A stretch of 64,000 nucleotides of DNA from NCBI GenBank assembly GCA_963765765.1, contig CAVXYC010000019.1:192001-256000 (forward strand). Direction: 5' to 3'. The translations under genes and the position numbers were made by a program. Origin of the DNA: an uncultured Chloroflexia bacterium (GTDB taxonomy: Bacteria; Chloroflexota; UBA6077; JACCZL01). Shown in pieces: positions 10,837 through 21,955 of this stretch; the stretch's first letter is position 1; each line of letters begins with the position of its first letter. The notes under the pieces were generated by a model that saw only the letters and a program-made list of their open reading frames with translations, was not told where the DNA came from and searched no databases.

Positions 10837-12174
10837 TCACGCCGCTTGGAGAGATCGATCTCGTACTCCGGTGCCTCTAAGCGGTGGCAGGATCTCGCCG
10901 TGCCCGGTGGCCACTCTTCGCTCCGCTTCCGCAAATAGCTCCTGGACTTCATCGAAGATCGGGCTGAAATGCGCCTCGGCTTGTTCGCGACGATAGCCAC
11001 CGCCGGTGCCGCGGATGCGCCGCTTCATGCGCGCGTCGTAGGAGATGCCTTCCTGGGGTAAGCGGATGCATCTGTTCTGGGCCGGGTCGCGATAGACCTC
11101 CATCGGCTCCTCGCCGCGCTCCAGCTTCTCGAGCTGTTCGGCAAGCAGCTCGCGATACATGATGACACCGACGTCTGACTGCCCCAGCTTCTCCAGATCG
11201 CGTCGAGCGACATCTCCTTGCGTGGACCAGGCCCAGAAATCCTGAACCAGGCTTACTTCAGTCAGGTATTCGCCGGTCTCGTCCTTCAGCGGAATCTCGT
11301 ACATCGGGATAGACTGCTGTCGCGGGATTGGCACGCCAGGTCGATAACAGGAATAGACCACGTGCATCGTGTGGGTATCGTCCACAGGGACGCGATATTG
11401 AAACTGAAAGCCGCCATTGCCGCCCACGCGCAGGATGTTCGGGAAGACGACGGGGTGGCCCTCACGCCAGGGATCGTCCGCTTCTGAGCCGCCTTCAACG
11501 ACTCGACGCTTGATCATCCCGTGCTCAAATCGGTCGAATCCGATCTTGGCGTGGCGACCGCGACGGATGGGCTCGGTATTCACGCCACCGTCCTTCTGCG
11601 TCCAGATGTGATCCATGAAGTACCCGTGCAGCCATTCCACGTGTACCGGGTCCAGCGAGTTCTCCATGCATTGCATCCAGTTACACGGCAGCAAGGTGAC
11701 GCCGATGTGGCGGATGAAATCGTCGAGGACGAAGAGATCGTAGTTCGGTAGCAGTGGAATCGGCTCAGGGCCAAGGTAAGTAAAGATCAGGCCTGTAAGC
11801 TCCTGGACCGGGTAATGCTTGACCTGGATGCGGTCTTTGAATGTTGAATCCCAGGGCTCGCCCGGCTGTTCCAGGCATCGGCCTTCATGATTCATGACCC
11901 AGCCGTGGTAGGGACAACGAATGCCCTCTTCCTCGGGAATGCCCCACAGCATCGAGACGCGGCGGTGCGGGCAAGGAACGTCGATCAACCCCAACGTCCC
12001 TGAGCGGTCGCGGAAGAGGACCATGTCTTCACCCAGGATGCGCACCAGCTTCGTGGGTTTCTTGTCCAGCTCCACAGAGGCGGCAATGGGATGCCAATAG
12101 CGCCGCATGAGATCGCCCATGGGCGTACCGGCGCCCACGCGCGTCAGTTTCTCGTTCAGCTCTGCACTTAGCAT
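10837..12174 (-). CDS. Rieske aromatic ring-hydroxylating oxygenase alpha subunit (phthalate 4,5-dioxygenase/LigXa-like)
   Basis: CPHR and CPYHGW Rieske ligands; ENSLDPVHVEWLH and QD non-heme iron site. Confidence 0.92.
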   Translation of the reverse strand: MLSAELNEKLTRVGAGTPMGDLMRRYWHPIAASVELDKKPTKLVRILGEDMVLFRDRSGTLGLIDVPCPHRRVSMLWGIPEEEGIRCPYHGWVMNHEGRCLEQPGEPWDSTFKDRIQVKHYPVQELTGLIFTYLGPEPIPLLPNYDLFVLDDFIRHIGVTLLPCNWMQCMENSLDPVHVEWLHGYFMDHIWTQKDGGVNTEPIRRGRHAKIGFDRFEHGMIKRRVVEGGSEADDPWREGHPVVFPNILRVGGNGGFQFQYRVPVDDTHTMHVVYSCYRPGVPIPRQQSIPMYEIPLKDETGEYLTEVSLVQDFWAWSTQGDVARRDLEKLGQSDVGVIMYRELLAEQLEKLERGEEPMEVYRDPAQNRCIRLPQEGISYDARMKRRIRGTGGGYRREQAEAHFSPIFDEVQELFAEAERRVATGHGEILPPLRGTGVRDRSLQAA

Positions 12175-12231
12175 GGTGACCTCCGAACCGCGCCGACGGG
12201 CTTGGCGGAATCCAGTATACGACCGAGCGGC

Positions 12232-12328
12232 GAGAGGTCGGAGGTCAGAGGCGAGAGGCCAGGGGTAGTCGTGGAGATCGGAGCCTCACCTTGACCTCTA
12301 GCCTCTGACCTTTGACCTCTGGCCCCTC
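12232..12328. repeat. Inverted blocks of degenerate 7-mer tandem repeats (AGAGGTC / GACCTCT)
   Basis: gaggtcggaggtcagaggcgagaggcc ... gacctctagcctctgacctttgacctct; related tract at about 38503-38530. Confidence 0.65.
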
Positions 12329-12383
12329 GTCTGTGGCCCTTTTCGGGCGCTATGATGCGCGCCATAAACGTAGGGAGTAGATC

Positions 12384-12698
12384 ATGGCGAGTTATATCTA
12401 CCTGGTTCAGATGGACGTGCCGGCGGACAAAGAGGCGGAGTTCAACCGCATCTACGACACCCAACATGTCCCGGAGCTGTCGAAGGTCCCGGGTGTGCGC
12501 GGAGTGAGCCGATATCGATTAGTTGCCAGTGACGTAGATGGCACGGCGAAATACGCCGCAATCTACGAGCTAGACGCGCCTGACATCCCGGACGGCGACG
12601 CTTGGAAGGCCGCCGCGGATCTCGGCGACTGGGTGACTCAAATCCGCCCGCACACCACGAACCGGCAGCACCATACGTTTGAGAAGATCGGCGGGTAG
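12384..12698 (+). CDS. EthD/DUF4286-like dimeric alpha-beta barrel protein
   Basis: EFNRIYDTQHVPELSKVPGV and YAAIYEL motifs. Confidence 0.8.
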   Translation: MASYIYLVQMDVPADKEAEFNRIYDTQHVPELSKVPGVRGVSRYRLVASDVDGTAKYAAIYELDAPDIPDGDAWKAAADLGDWVTQIRPHTTNRQHHTFEKIGG

Positions 12699-12741
12699 TG
12701 GGAGAGCGGCTGCTGCCGGAAGAGTAAGGACTCTGGCGAAC

Positions 12742-13527
12742 TCAGTCCCCGCCACCACCACCATCTCCGCCGCCGCTGCCACCACCATCGCTGAACCCGC
12801 CGGAGTCCCCGCTGCCGAAGCTCGAATCTAAAGCTTCGGTGGCGCTGCTAAAGGCGTCCCAGTCCAGACTTGCCAGGCCGGTGTCGTCTAACCCCGAGAC
12901 ACCACCCGCGCCGGAGGTATCACCAGTGCTGTACTGACGAAGCTCCGGCCACAGGTCGTCCATAAGAAGCAGCATGATGCCCAGGCCCGCGATGGTAGCC
13001 ACGGCGCCGGCCGGATTGCGGGCGAGCACGTCGGGCAGCAATCGCGCTTCCTCGACCTGTGATTCGAGCCGCTGTCGCTCGACCAGCCCGGCATCGGTGA
13101 GTCGATAGCGCATTGGGCCAAGCAGGCCGAACAATTGACGGCCACGCTCTTCGATGAGCCCGCGCTCCATGAGCGAAGGGATGATCCGTTGGCTTTTGTA
13201 GCCTTCAAGGTTGGCGCCGAAATGAGCGTGGAACGAGCTCATCAGATCCTTCATGGACCTTTCACCGATGCTGCAAGCGTCCTGGATCACACGATAGACC
13301 TCGCGCGTGTGGTCGGTGACCTCGGCGAGCTGCTCTGGCTTCTGGTGACATGTCACCATGGTGACGTTGCCACCAAAGACGCCGAGAAAAGCGGATTGGC
13401 GTTTCTGTTCCATGGATACGAGTCCGCGCCAGACAAGCTCGAGGAGTGTCCGCCTTAGGGCTTCCTGGCCGGTGGAATTGTCCAGGTCCAGCAGCGTGGC
13501 GGCTTCAGCGGCGGATAAGTCGGGCAT
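12742..13527 (-). CDS. Hypothetical protein with C-terminal hydrophobic segment and Gly/Ser/Asp-rich tail (GPP34/TIGR04222-like)
   Basis: TLLELVWRG, hydrophobic AGAVATIAGLGIMLLL, GGGSGGGDGGGGGD tail. Confidence 0.6.
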   Translation of the reverse strand: MPDLSAAEAATLLDLDNSTGQEALRRTLLELVWRGLVSMEQKRQSAFLGVFGGNVTMVTCHQKPEQLAEVTDHTREVYRVIQDACSIGERSMKDLMSSFHAHFGANLEGYKSQRIIPSLMERGLIEERGRQLFGLLGPMRYRLTDAGLVERQRLESQVEEARLLPDVLARNPAGAVATIAGLGIMLLLMDDLWPELRQYSTGDTSGAGGVSGLDDTGLASLDWDAFSSATEALDSSFGSGDSGGFSDGGGSGGGDGGGGGD

Positions 13528-13567
13528 TGGGCACCCCCTGCGCCATGATGGTACAGCGCCAAGCCGT

Positions 13568-13600
13568 TCGGGACCGCCGATAGGATATCGGTGGTCCCGA
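13568..13600. repeat. Short hairpin GGACCGCCGATA...TATCGGYGGTCC (second copy at 50183-50219)
   Basis: Same palindrome found twice in intergenic positions. Confidence 0.7.
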
Positions 13601-13809
13601 CTCTCAGGACATCGAATTTAGTTTGGGGAGGCCTCACTATGTTAGGCTGGTTTAGAGGGCTTTCACAGCCCAGGTGCCGGCCGTACGATGGTGTTTGAGT
13701 CGCGCCACGGAGAACTTTTCAGTGCAGCGATCCACCATAGCGACGGAACAATCTCCGCCGGTCCTGAGTTGACCGGCCAGAATATCTCAGCCACCAGCAG
13801 ATTCTTGTA

Positions 13810-15300
13810 GTGCTGGCGGGCTTGCTTGCGGGCATGCTGTTGGCCGCCCTGGATCAGAGCATCGTCGGCGTGGCGCTGCCGCAGATAGTCAGTGAACTGG
13901 GGGGCCTGGATCAACTCTCCTGGGTGGTCATCGCGTATCTGCTGGCTACCACTGCCACCACGCCGCTCTGGGGGAAGATTTCCGACCTCTACGGTCGAAG
14001 GCTCATTTTCCAGGTAGCCATTGGTCTGTTCCTCGTGGGCTCGGCCTTGTCCGGTCTCAGCCAGAACATGCCGCAGCTTATTGCCTTTCGGGCGATTCAA
14101 GGGATTGGTGGCGGCGGCCTATTCGCCATTGCGTTCGCCATCCTCGGTGACGTGATCCCGCCGCGGGATCGCGGTCGATACCAGGGCTACTTTGGCGGAA
14201 TGTTCGGCATGGCAAGTGTCGCCGGCCCTCTACTGGGTGGCTGGCTTACTGATGGGCCGGGCTGGCGTTGGATATTCCTCATCAACATCCCGGTGGGGCT
14301 CGTTGCGCTCATTGTGACCTCCTGGGCGCTGCGGTTGCCGGTGGTGAGACGCGAGCACCGAATCGATTACCTGGGCGCTGCCCTCATCGTTCTGTCTTCG
14401 TGCGCGCTCATCCTCTACCTGGACTGGGCCGGGCGGGACTATGGTTGGACGGCGCCCGTGGCGCTTGGTTTGCTCGCTACGTCAGTAGTCCTGGCGGTGT
14501 GGTTCATCATGGTTGAGGCGCGTGCGGCCGAACCGATCATTCCGCTCGGCCTGTTCCGCAACGCCGTCTTCAGGATGGGCAACATCTTCGGATTTCTGGC
14601 CGGCGTCACGATGTTCGGCGCATTGATTTTCCTGCCGCTGTACTTCCAGGGCGTGATGGGCTTTTCGCCCACGATGTCCGGCCTCGCCATGCTGCCCACG
14701 GTCGTCGGTATCTTTGGGGCGTCCATCGGTTCTGGTCAGCTCATCTCGAAAAATGGCCGCTATAAAATCTATCCGATCCTGGGCGCTGGCACTATAGTGA
14801 TTGGATTGCTCCTATTGGCGCGACTCGAGCCAACTACGCCGTACTGGCAGATTGCGCTTTTCACATTCATGTTCGGCGCAGGCCTGGGTCTCACCATGCA
14901 GACGATCCTCACGGCCGTTCAGAATGCTGTTGACGTGCGTGACATGGGCACGGCAACCGCGTCTACCACGTTCTTCCGTCAGCTCGGTGCGGCTATTGGC
15001 GCGGCGGTGTTCGGGAGCGTGCTGGCTTCGCGGCTCAACCACTACCTGACGGACGTGACTGGTGGCGCGCTTGGCGGCGGACTCACCAGTGGCATCAATA
15101 CCAACAACATCGAGTCCATCCGGGCGCTGAGCGGCCCGGTGCGCGACTTCGTACTCGCCGCTCTGACGCACGCGCTGAACGATGTGTTCCTCACTGGCGT
15201 GCCCTTCGCCGCGTTAGCGTTGGTAGTCGCGTTCTTCATTCCCGAGGTGCCGCTGGCGTCGCGGCGTCCTGGTGCGGCGCCACCGCCATCCGCGGATTGA
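13810..15300 (+). CDS. DHA2-family MFS multidrug transporter
   Basis: LAALDQSIV, GKISDLYGRR motif A, ~14 TM; true start probably further upstream. Confidence 0.93.
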   Translation: MLAGLLAGMLLAALDQSIVGVALPQIVSELGGLDQLSWVVIAYLLATTATTPLWGKISDLYGRRLIFQVAIGLFLVGSALSGLSQNMPQLIAFRAIQGIGGGGLFAIAFAILGDVIPPRDRGRYQGYFGGMFGMASVAGPLLGGWLTDGPGWRWIFLINIPVGLVALIVTSWALRLPVVRREHRIDYLGAALIVLSSCALILYLDWAGRDYGWTAPVALGLLATSVVLAVWFIMVEARAAEPIIPLGLFRNAVFRMGNIFGFLAGVTMFGALIFLPLYFQGVMGFSPTMSGLAMLPTVVGIFGASIGSGQLISKNGRYKIYPILGAGTIVIGLLLLARLEPTTPYWQIALFTFMFGAGLGLTMQTILTAVQNAVDVRDMGTATASTTFFRQLGAAIGAAVFGSVLASRLNHYLTDVTGGALGGGLTSGINTNNIESIRALSGPVRDFVLAALTHALNDVFLTGVPFAALALVVAFFIPEVPLASRRPGAAPPPSAD

Positions 15301-15350
15301 GTTTCCGGTAGAGCTGGACTCGTCCCGCCCGGCCGTCGAGGCCGCCCTTA

Positions 15351-15433
15351 TCATTCTGGAGCGCAGCGAAGGTCTTTCCCACTGGAGGTATTGATTCCGG
15401 CGGGAGAGGGCCTTCGCTGCGCTCCAGAATGAC
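15351..15433. repeat. GTCATCC-family palindromic repeat copy
   Basis: tcattctggagcgcagcgaagg ... ccttcgctgcgctccagaatga. Confidence 0.85.
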
Positions 15434-15477
15434 AGAGGATTTCGCGGCGTGTCTAGATGTTCTGTATTTGACTTCCG

Positions 15478-16740
15478 CTAGTCCAATAGCGCCTTGGCGA
15501 TATCTTGCGTCTTCTGGATCTCCTCCAGCACTTCCTCGAGATCGATCCGCACGTAATCCACGCCCTTCTGCGGTAGGCTCTCTGGGTCAACCACGGGCAC
15601 GTCCGTGCGTCGACTGTCGAAGCCGATGTTTTTGGAGAATATGGTGCTGCCCTCTTTGGTGAGCACCCAGTTGACGAAGAGCTTGGCGGCGTTAGGGTGC
15701 GGCGCCTTCGTCACCAGCCACAGCATGGTGGAGCCGGCATTCAGGTACTCAGTCTCCTTAACGGTGTTCACCTGAATGTTCTGGCCCATGCCCTGAGAAC
15801 GGAAGTCCTCGATGATGACGCGGTCCACCGCGCCAAAGCCGATGGGGAAGCGCCCGCGCACCATGAACTCCGTGAGCTGGCGCGCGTCCGTGCTGATGGT
15901 GGGCTCCTGGTCCTTGAAGAGTTGCCGCACCACGTCATCGCTCTTCGTGTGGATGCGCGCCGCCGTGAGCGGCAGGAAGCCCGAGCCCTTGGTGCGTGGA
16001 TCGCCGGCGATGATCTTGCCCTTCCACTTGGGGTCGAGCATGTCCTTCAGCGTGGTGAGCTCGCCGTCCTTGATCACGTCCCGGTTCACCCACACCGGCG
16101 TATCCCGCTGGCGACCTATGGCGTAGCCCCACTTCTTCTCCGTGTCGTTGAAGCCACCATCGAATGCCCCGTCCAACCAGACGGCGTCGTCCAGCACGTC
16201 CGGCCGAATGATGAGCGGCCGAATGGGATCCAGCCCGCCGGCTACGCGCACCTGTCGGAGCTGTTCCTGGGTGGGCATGATGGACAAATCCCAGGTGTAG
16301 ATGCCGGCCTTCAGCTCAGGCAGCAGCCGCGGCACGAAGTCGCGCGACGACGACTGGAACTGCTGGTGCTCCACCTGCATGCCGGGGAACGCCTCCATGA
16401 AGGCTTCCATGACTTTGCGGTAACCGGTGCCGGCGTAGGTGGCAATGCTCAGGGTCTTCTCTTGTTTGGCAGACTCAACCAACTTGTCCCATTCCGCCTG
16501 GAATCCCGAGTTTGGGACGGCCGCTGGTGCAGGGGCGGCTGGCGCAGCGGGTTTGGCAGGCGCCGCGGCGGCTGCGGCTGTTGGTGGCGGCGCTGCGGGG
16601 GCTTGAGTGGGCTTGGCGGGCGCGGCCGTTGGTGCCGCTGCTTGCTGGCTGCAGGCCGCTAGTAAAGCTGCAGCGCCGGTAATGCCCGCGGTGAGCAGTA
16701 GCTGACGCCGCGTCCATAGCTGAGGTCGATCGGACTCCAC
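15478..16740 (-). CDS. ABC transporter extracellular solute-binding lipoprotein (Tat signal, iron/thiamine-type cluster)
   Basis: TRRQLL twin-arginine, LAAC lipobox, Ala/Pro linker, LDPKWKGKI and APHPNAAKLFVNW. Confidence 0.9.
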   Translation of the reverse strand: MESDRPQLWTRRQLLLTAGITGAAALLAACSQQAAAPTAAPAKPTQAPAAPPPTAAAAAAPAKPAAPAAPAPAAVPNSGFQAEWDKLVESAKQEKTLSIATYAGTGYRKVMEAFMEAFPGMQVEHQQFQSSSRDFVPRLLPELKAGIYTWDLSIMPTQEQLRQVRVAGGLDPIRPLIIRPDVLDDAVWLDGAFDGGFNDTEKKWGYAIGRQRDTPVWVNRDVIKDGELTTLKDMLDPKWKGKIIAGDPRTKGSGFLPLTAARIHTKSDDVVRQLFKDQEPTISTDARQLTEFMVRGRFPIGFGAVDRVIIEDFRSQGMGQNIQVNTVKETEYLNAGSTMLWLVTKAPHPNAAKLFVNWVLTKEGSTIFSKNIGFDSRRTDVPVVDPESLPQKGVDYVRIDLEEVLEEIQKTQDIAKALLD

Positions 16741-17004
16741 GGTGACCTCCTCCTGCGACGGTGCTTGCGTCGCATCTGTCGGGTCATGCGGGCGTTACGG
16801 ATCCTCGATTCGGAGAACATAACACTCTGTCAAGTTGTCCACAACAAAATATCGCGGCATTTCCCTGGTGCCCGCTCTACGGACTTGTTAATGGTTGCCA
16901 GACGTATCACGTCGTTCCTTGTGTCCGCGCCCTTTTACAGGCAATCTGGCGTTTCAATGTTCGGACAGATCGGCCGGTGGTGGCTGATAGCCATGGAGGA
17001 TCAA

Positions 17005-18544
17005 ATGACGCGGACTGTGGAGCGGCTTGGTCGGGTCGTGGGCGTGTTGTTGGGACTGGCCGTGCTTGTTGGCGTCCCCCGGACTTTTCAGTCCGCATGC
17101 AGCGCAGGCGGCGGACGAGGCGGAGCAGCGCACGGCGGCCTATTTCGATACTTCCCGAGGGAATCCGCTTCTGCTCTACGCGTTTCTGCGCGCCATGCCA
17201 AAGGGCAGCGATCTTCACAATCATCCCAGTGGCTCCGAGTACGCGGAGCAGCTTATTTCCTATGCGGCGGAAGACGGGGCGTGCCTGCTGCGGGAGACCA
17301 TGACACTCGTTCCGCCGCCATGTGACGCTGGTGCTGGCAAGCCGCCGGTTAGCGATGCGCTGCGTCAGCCGATGCTGTACAGCCAGATCGTGGACGCCTG
17401 GTCGGTGCGTGGAGTCTTGCCTGGCAGCGATGTCTCCGGCCATGACCAGTTCTTTGCATCGTTCGATCGCTTTGGTCTCACATCATCACGTCGAATCGCT
17501 GACATCATCGCTTCCATCCGCTCGCGGGCCGCGGCCGAGGGGCTCACCTACCTGGAGCTGATGTTTGGCGTGGATCGCGGCGCGGCTAGCGACCTGGGTA
17601 CGCGGATTGGTTGGAACGACGATCTGGCAGCGCTGTACGCCCGTTACGAGTCGGAAGGCCTGAGCGACGTCGTTGCCCAGACGCGCACCGGCCTTGATTC
17701 GATCGAAGTGCGGGTGAGCGAAGTGCTGGCCTGCGGCACCCCCAACGCGGACGCCGGCTGCGCCGTGACCACACGGTATATCCAGACCGGCACGCGGGTG
17801 ATTCCGCCAGAGCGAGTCTTTGCTCAGCTCGCCGCCGGATTTGCGCTCGTCCAATCAGATCCACGCGTCGTCGGCGTAAATCTCGTGGCGCCCGAAGATG
17901 CATATCCGGCACGGCGCGACTACAAGCTGCACATGAGCATGTTCGGCTTCCTGCACGATAGAGCTCCGGGCGTGCCCATTGCGCTCCACGCCGGAGAGCT
18001 AGCTCCGGGTCTGGTACCGCCCGAGGATCTGCGATTTCACATTCGAGACGCCGTGCAGGTGGCGCACGCGCGGCGGATCGGCCACGGAGTAGACGTGTTT
18101 TACGAGGACGATCCGTTTGCACTTATTGCTGACATGGCCCATCGGAAGGTCGCCGTAGAGATCGCCCTCATGAGCAATAAGCAGATCCTCAACGTGGAGG
18201 GCGAGCGCCATCCGTTTCCGCTGTATCGATCGCTGGGCGTGCCCGTCACGCTGGTGACGGACGACATGGGCGTCTCCCGCTCCAACATGACCGAGCAATA
18301 TCAGCTTGCCGTGGAGCAGCACGGATTGGATTACCCCGCGCTCAAGCAGATTGCCCGGGCGAGCCTGGAGTACGCGTTTCTCCCGGGTCCCAGCCTCTGG
18401 CAGGACTTTGGCTCGGCAATGCCGGTGTCCGGATGCTCCGTGCTGGCATCAGCCGAATGTGAGGCATTTCTGCAAGCGAGCGAGCGTGCCCGCGAGCAGT
18501 CGCGACTCGAGCGCGCCATCGAGACATTTGAGCGGCAGTTCTAG
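17005..18544 (+). CDS. Adenosine deaminase family protein, probably secreted; frameshift near 17075
   Basis: MPKGSDLHNH, ALHAGE, RIGHG and TDD motifs; RBS-backed ATG 17005 encodes a signal peptide in another frame. Confidence 0.88.
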
Positions 18545-18549
18545 CCACC

Positions 18550-18584
18550 CCTGGGAGCGCGGGCGGGACGCCCGCGCTCCCAGG
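18550..18584. repeat. REP-like hairpin GGGAGCGCGGGC...GCCCGCGCTCCC between convergent genes
   Basis: Inverted repeat; related units at about 30940-31062. Confidence 0.65.
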
Positions 18585-19923
18585 CTAATCCCGGCCGCGC
18601 TTGGCCTTTGACTCGGCTTCCGCCTTCCTTTCCTGACCGGGCGGCTCCTTCTCCTTTTCCGCCTTTTTCTCATCTTGCGCCTGGGCCGGCTTGGCTTGCG
18701 GCGGAGGCCCGGGGTTGGACAGGCCCGCCGGCGGGTCGTTCCTCGGTGGGACTGGGGGAGGCGCAACCGGAGCTGCCGGCTCGACGGCCGGCGCTGGCCG
18801 CGGCGTGGCAGTAGGCTCCGGCGCTGCCGAGGACACGGTTGGTTCAGACGGAGCCGTTGATTCAGTTGCTGCCTCATCCGGCGCCGCATCCGAAGCGCCT
18901 CGATTTGGCCATGCCCCCGCCGATACGAGGCCAATCAGCGCGGCGGTCAAGATCCCGGCGAGCGCTAATGCCAGAAGTGGTACAGGTGCTCGCCCACGTT
19001 TCGCGGGCGGAACCCGGCGCACCGTGGCAACATCTTCGCGCACCGGGTCTGACATAACGCTGCGTCAGTGCTTCGTTGCCGGCTGACGGAGCAATTGAGT
19101 TACGGAGCGCGTCGCGAAATGCGCCGGCGGTCTGGAAGCGATCTGAAGCATGCGTGGCCAGCGCCGTGAGCGTCACCGACTCGAGCGCGGCGGGAACATG
19201 CGGATTCAGCGAACGAGGCGACGGTGGGCTGGAGGTAAGCCGCTTGCGTAGCGATTCGTCCGGGTCGTCAGCCTTGAATGGTGTCTCGCCCGTGAGCAGC
19301 TCGAATAGCACCACGCCAAGGGCATACACGTCCGCTCGCCCATCGATGGGCTCTCCCCGAACCTGCTCCGGAGCGACGTATGGGATGGAGCCCAAAAACT
19401 CTGCCGCCCCGTTGCCCTGTGCCGCGGCCGAGAATCGCTGGGCGATTCCGAAATCAAGCAGCTTCGGAACGCCGTCGTCGGTCAGCATGACGTTTTGCGG
19501 TTTTACGTCGCAGTGAATCACGCCCGCACGATGAGCATGCTCTAGCGCGTCTGCAAGCTGCGCCACGATCTCCACAATGCCGTCTGTCGATCCCGTCCGT
19601 CCCGGCGATTGGCTCAGCAGCGCGCCGGAAACGAGCTCCATCACGACAAAATCGACGCCACCGTCCGTGCCCACGTCATAGACACGCACGATATTGGGAT
19701 GCACGAGCCGCGCGGCCATGCGCGCCTCGTCTATCGCGGCAGAGACCTCACTAAGCTGGCCGCTCTCGGCGTGCAGGAGCTTGATTGCAACATCGCGCTC
19801 GAGCTGTTCATCGCGCGCTCGCCAGACCTCGGCCATGCCACCCGAGCCAAGAAGGCCCAGGAGTTGGTATCGATCGGCGATAAGCCGGCCATTGACGAGG
19901 GGCGCGTTGGTAGTGCTGGCCAT
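18585..19923 (-). CDS. Hanks-type Ser/Thr protein kinase with TM and Pro-rich tail; frameshift near 19055
   Basis: LGSGGMAEV, VAIK, HCDVKPQN, DFG and APE motifs; TM and tail in ORF 18585..19055. Confidence 0.88.
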
Positions 19924-20058
19924 GATTCTCCGATCGTTCATGGGGGCAAGATCGGGGCCGATCGCAGTCGAGCGTACCAAAACGCCATAAACGCAGGCTG
20001 CAATTCCTACCTCGGGATGACCGGGTCGTTGGGTGAGTAAACGAACTCAGTGAGCGGT

Positions 20059-20146
20059 TGTCAATCCTGGAGCGCAGCGAAGGATCTTACCCACCGGGGC
20101 CCTGGACCCCATCGGGTAAGATCCTTCGCTGCGCTCCAGGATGACA
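20059..20146. repeat. GTCATCC-family palindromic repeat copy
   Basis: atcctggagcgcagcgaaggatcttaccc ... gggtaagatccttcgctgcgctccaggat. Confidence 0.88.
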
Positions 20147-20236
20147 GGGAGGCCGGCGTTGACGACAGGGAGACCAGCGTTGCGTTAATGATTCGTGGAA
20201 GGTCAAAAGTGCTGCACGGGGATTCCCGTCAACCGC

Positions 20237-21343
20237 CTACTTCACCAACCGATACACCCTGAAGAAATCATGCTCGATCGGCAAAATCTTCACATCGCTG
20301 AAGCCTGCCTCCTGGGCGTAGCGACGAAGCGTGTCTGGTCGCATGACTGTGCCGGTGCCGGCGGAGGGCGATTCGGAGAGCCCCGCGGGTAGGCAGCACA
20401 GCACGCTGTAGGCGTACATGAGTCGCTCGATCTCGTCGCCGGGTGCTGTGAAGGTCTCGGCCACACGCTCGTCCATGACCAGAACCGTCCCGCCCTCGGC
20501 GCTGAGCAGATGCATAGTGTGGAGCACCTCCACCGGCTGGGAGAGATCGTGAATCATCTCGAAGGCACACACCAGATCGTACCGGCCGGCCAGATCAGGA
20601 TCGGCGGCGTCATGGATGTGGAACTTCACACGGTCGCTGAGTCCCTGGGCCTCGGCGTTACTCCGCGCGAGCTCGACGGACGGCTCGTCCACGTCAAACC
20701 CATCCACCAGCACGTTTGGATACGCCTGTGCGATGCCAATACTCGCCCAGCCGCCGCCGCAGCCGATATCGGCTATGCGCGCTGGGGGATTCGACTGAAG
20801 TCGGGCATGTAGCTCCGGCAGCGAAGGCAGCCACTCCTTTCCTAGGAGGTTCAGGAAGACCGGCCGGTTCATATCCGATTGTGCCTCGCGGCCATCCTCG
20901 CCGTAAGCTGACCACGGCACGCCGCCGCCAGATCGATACGCTGCCAGGAGTATCGGTAGCACCGAAGCCATCGATCCGCCGAAGCGAGACAGCGGCATGA
21001 TGAAATTTAGGCTCTGTGTATCCAGTAATGCCTCGCGATGAGCCATCGGCAGGCGATATTGGCGCGAATCCGGCGCCGCGGCCACATCGTGCACGTCGAT
21101 GATCGCCGCGGCGGCTTGCTGCTCCAGCCACTCACGCGCGTACCGCGGTGCGACGCCGGCGCGTCCGCCAATCTCGGGAGGTGTGGACCACTCCTGCTCG
21201 GCCAGCGCGCGATAGAGTCCCAGACGATCGCCCAAGTAGATCGTCATCATCTCGAACATCCCAATGCCGGACTGGAAAAGCCGACCCACGAACGCGTCGC
21301 GCTGCTCTTCAATGCTCTGAGCTGGTGTCTCTTCTATAGCCAT
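20237..21343 (-). CDS. Class I SAM-dependent methyltransferase with N-terminal wHTH (Rv2258c-like)
   Basis: IYLGDRLGLY, RYAREWL, ADIGCGGG and AGTGTVM motifs. Confidence 0.9.
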   Translation of the reverse strand: MAIEETPAQSIEEQRDAFVGRLFQSGIGMFEMMTIYLGDRLGLYRALAEQEWSTPPEIGGRAGVAPRYAREWLEQQAAAAIIDVHDVAAAPDSRQYRLPMAHREALLDTQSLNFIMPLSRFGGSMASVLPILLAAYRSGGGVPWSAYGEDGREAQSDMNRPVFLNLLGKEWLPSLPELHARLQSNPPARIADIGCGGGWASIGIAQAYPNVLVDGFDVDEPSVELARSNAEAQGLSDRVKFHIHDAADPDLAGRYDLVCAFEMIHDLSQPVEVLHTMHLLSAEGGTVLVMDERVAETFTAPGDEIERLMYAYSVLCCLPAGLSESPSAGTGTVMRPDTLRRYAQEAGFSDVKILPIEHDFFRVYRLVK

Positions 21344-21553
21344 GGTTTGAGGCGCTCCTTCATGCTCTGACGGGCTGTCCAAAGAAGTCCCCCTACGATA
21401 TCGCACATCGCCGCTCGGAGAGCATTCGGAAGGTTGCGCCGTCCCCTGTTGGACTGTGGCGGTCCTTCGCCACTTTCAACAAGCGCGGAGCGCGTTCTGC
21501 TCGGTTCGCCTTGACCATGGACCCGCATTCCAAACGCAGCCACCAAAGTACCC

Positions 21554-21582
21554 TTGACGGACGACTCAACGCGCGCTACTAT
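21554..21582 (+). promoter_or_regulatory. Sigma70 promoter TTGACG-N17-TACTAT for the ArsR-SRPBCC operon
   Basis: Near-consensus hexamers with 17-bp spacer. Confidence 0.65.
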
Positions 21583-21617
21583 ACCAACAAGTTAATTAAC
21601 CCAGTGGAATAATGCCG

Positions 21618-21955
21618 ATGGAACAAGACCACCTCAGCACTGTGTTCTCGGCCCTAGCCGACCCACGAGGAGAGCCATCATCGCCCGCCTGACCTCCGGT
21701 GAGGCCACGGTGAATGAGCTGGCTCAGCCTTTTGCCATGACCCTGCCGGCCGTCTCCAAGCACCTCAAGGTGCTTCAGCGCGCCGGTCTGATCGAGCAAG
21801 GACGCCAGGCCCAGTGGCGGCCCTGTCGATTGAAAGCCGCCCCGCTCAAGGACGCGGCCGAGTGGATAGGGAGCTATCGAGAGTTCTGGGAAGAGAGCTA
21901 CGACCGCCTGGACGAACTGCTCCAGGAGCTAAAAGGAAAGGAAATCGAACGATGA
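21618..21955 (+). CDS. ArsR/SmtB regulator, frameshifted near 21665
   Basis: VFSALADP upstream; VSKHLKVLQRAGLI and QWRPCRL downstream. Confidence 0.85.

Noticed and set aside
15697-16662. Long antisense ORFs (also 5244..6086, 42514..43248, 43580..44365, 54137..54787 and others)
   Set aside because: Shadow ORFs opposite well-supported genes, as expected at high GC.
20237-21343. Methyltransferase as partner of the 31402 nuclease (restriction-modification)
   Set aside because: It is a small-molecule class I MTase without DPPY/NPPY or PCQ motifs and lies 10 kb away.
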